This document shows, one piece after another, positions 62,523 to 64,000 of a DNA stretch of 64,000 bases (position 1 is its first letter; every line of letters starts with the position of its first letter). Under the pieces are notes generated by a model. It saw only the letters and a program-made list of their open reading frames with translations. It was not told where the DNA came from and ran no database searches. The position numbers and the translations under genes are program-made. Origin of the DNA: Paramoeba atlantica (Eukaryota > Protista > Discosea); the NCBI GenBank assembly GCA_977017575.1, contig CDRNVI010000015.1, forward strand, positions 1 through 64,000, read 5' to 3'.

Positions 62523-63350
62523 ATGACAGCGGAAGGCAAAACCTCACGTTGGAGCAAAGAAAAATATCCCACACATGGTATTCCGACTTATTTGCCACAA
62601 GAGATGTTACTGGAACATGATGGAAAGGCCACGCGAGCGGTGGTATTGCGAGCGCAACTGCAGGATATGGAACGGCTTCGCGAAGCGCAAAATATTGATA
62701 TCTACTATGCGCGACGTCGGGAATATTCTCCTAATGATAAATGGGACGCCAAAGGACATCGAGTAAATGTGAAAGAGAAAATGTTCCTTGAACGAATGAA
62801 CCAAATCCGCGCTGAGATAACAAACTTAAATGCGGAGGCACATGGTCGAATTCCTGATGCCCAGACGAAGGAGATTGTCCATAAAATATATTTCACTCGT
62901 AGGCAGATGGAGGAAAGGCTTCATGGAGCGTTGATCGGCGTTCGTGGCAAGACACAACAAGAACTGGAACGGGAGACCAATTGTCGCATTTTACTTGCTG
63001 GAAAAGGAATCTCTAACAATGCCCGACACCACGCATCGCCGGAAGATGCGGGCGATAAGCCACACTGTAAAATTCTTGCACCAGATGAGGAAACGCTGCA
63101 GCGTGCCATTGCAAAGATACAATTTTTGTTGAGCGATGATCCGGAGGCTGAGGCCTTGCGAGATGAAAATCGTCGCCGTCTGGCTATTGCGAACGGGACC
63201 TATCGAGAGGATTTATGGCGTGCGCGAACTGTGAAGTCTAGCATAACGTCGTTGGATGGAAATTCTGCGAGAGACACGCACCCAGATGTCGGAAAGAAAG
63301 GAGAGGAAACAATGGACCAAGATGTTAGGGAATTTCTTAAACAAGTGTAA
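62523..63350 (+). CDS. SF1: Branch-point binding protein / splicing factor 1 (KH-QUA2)
   Basis: WDAKGHRVNVKE...ER; KH GALIGVRGKTQQELERETNCRILLAGKG; QUA2-like RRRLAIANGT. Confidence 0.82.
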   Translation: MTAEGKTSRWSKEKYPTHGIPTYLPQEMLLEHDGKATRAVVLRAQLQDMERLREAQNIDIYYARRREYSPNDKWDAKGHRVNVKEKMFLERMNQIRAEITNLNAEAHGRIPDAQTKEIVHKIYFTRRQMEERLHGALIGVRGKTQQELERETNCRILLAGKGISNNARHHASPEDAGDKPHCKILAPDEETLQRAIAKIQFLLSDDPEAEALRDENRRRLAIANGTYREDLWRARTVKSSITSLDGNSARDTHPDVGKKGEETMDQDVREFLKQV

Positions 63351-63417
63351 TGGGTGGAATGAAATAGACTGTAGAGTGAATTTTGGGAAGATGTCTACAT
63401 GAATCCTATGCATAAAC

Positions 63418-63565
63418 AAAGATAGGGTTTCTTGCCTTGTTGGTACTTAGCCTTCGCTCATCCTTTCTTTCCCCGGCAACGGGCATACTCTTACTCTAAA
63501 TTTTTATACCCGTTGCCGGCACGCGCTCCTCTACTTTGCTCCACCTCTATTTTGCTGAAGCAGGG
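63418..63565 (+). mobile_element. Second, diverged copy of the SL-headed element
   Basis: AAAGATAGGGTTTCTTGCCTTGTTG|GTAC...CCTTTCTTTCCCCGGCAACGGGCATACTCTTACT...CCCGTTGCCGGC aligns with 39339-39437. Confidence 0.7.
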
Positions 63566-63918
63566 GCCGTGTGATATAGGGATTGCGCTTCCGGTTTTCT
63601 GCACCTACACATGACGACTGAGCTCTGTGCGCCTGGGACCTCAGCTCTGCGCGCCCGCAAATCATCAGCGAGGGCAATCGCTCACGTTGTCCACCCGTGC
63701 TGTTGGGACAAAGACATTGTGGGTAAAGCTCTGTACTATAACTGATTGATAATATATACTTTCATATACAGAATTTTTTGTAGGTGCATTACTGTATCCA
63801 ATACACGGTGTAGTGCGGACAATTACGGATAAAAGATTAGAATAATTTTTCATTTAGCAAAAGTGGTACGATTCTGTACAATGTACACACCGACGGAACC
63901 CTTGGAGAGTAATTCTTG

Positions 63919-64000
63919 ATGGCAAGGAAAAAGAAGAAAGTTGCTTCACCACAAGCATCCATATATCATCATCTGGCTCGCGATGTTGAGAATCCCGGCG
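63919..64000 (+). CDS. Possible 5' end of the next gene (MARKKKKV...), runs off the window
   Basis: ATG-initiated frame open to the window end. Confidence 0.3.
   Translation, partial: MARKKKKVASPQASIYHHLARDVENPG

Noticed and set aside
41-64000. Numerous minus-strand and alternative-frame ORFs in the six-frame track
   Set aside because: They overlap well-supported + strand genes and are shadows of low-complexity C/G-rich DNA; none shows a protein motif.
1-64000. tRNA, rRNA or snRNA genes
   Set aside because: No cloverleaf with T-loop/D-loop consensus or rRNA-like segment was found by eye; small H/ACA or C/D RNAs cannot be excluded without a search.

Overview
Intron-less eukaryotic DNA in which every recognisable gene lies on the + strand, i.e. 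one 64-kb directional (polycistronic-type) gene cluster. An RET1 3' TUTase, a trypanosome-type mitoribosomal mS37 and spliced-leader (SL)-like sequence identify a kinetoplastid; the LRR expansion would fit a Perkinsela-like lineage (inference only). Housekeeping genes: NVL/Rix7, TFIIB, bystin, RET1, mS37, RNF5-like, VPS53, MCTP-like, RsfS, BolA, RPT5, LTV1, Paf1-like, PEX4, SF1/BBP, two PPR proteins and one other helical-repeat protein. Nine members of a short LRR family are interspersed (7 intact, 1 pseudogene, 1 interrupted). The unexplained structure is at three levels. (1) A 612-bp insertion headed by an SL exon/donor-like sequence splits an LRR gene at a TA; a second diverged copy keeps the same hairpin through a compensatory base-pair change, suggesting an SL-RNA-derived mobile element. 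(2) There are class II transposon relics, unexpected in kinetoplastids: a 1.45-kb Mutator/Foldback-like element with a perfect 9-bp TSD, and several TA-flanked MITEs. (3) Recurrent kb-scale islands flip from C-rich to G-rich, affecting synonymous sites and driving homopolymer expansions. Several genes carry indels in these homopolymers, probably assembly errors. All calls come from reading the sequence and remembered motifs; no searches were run.
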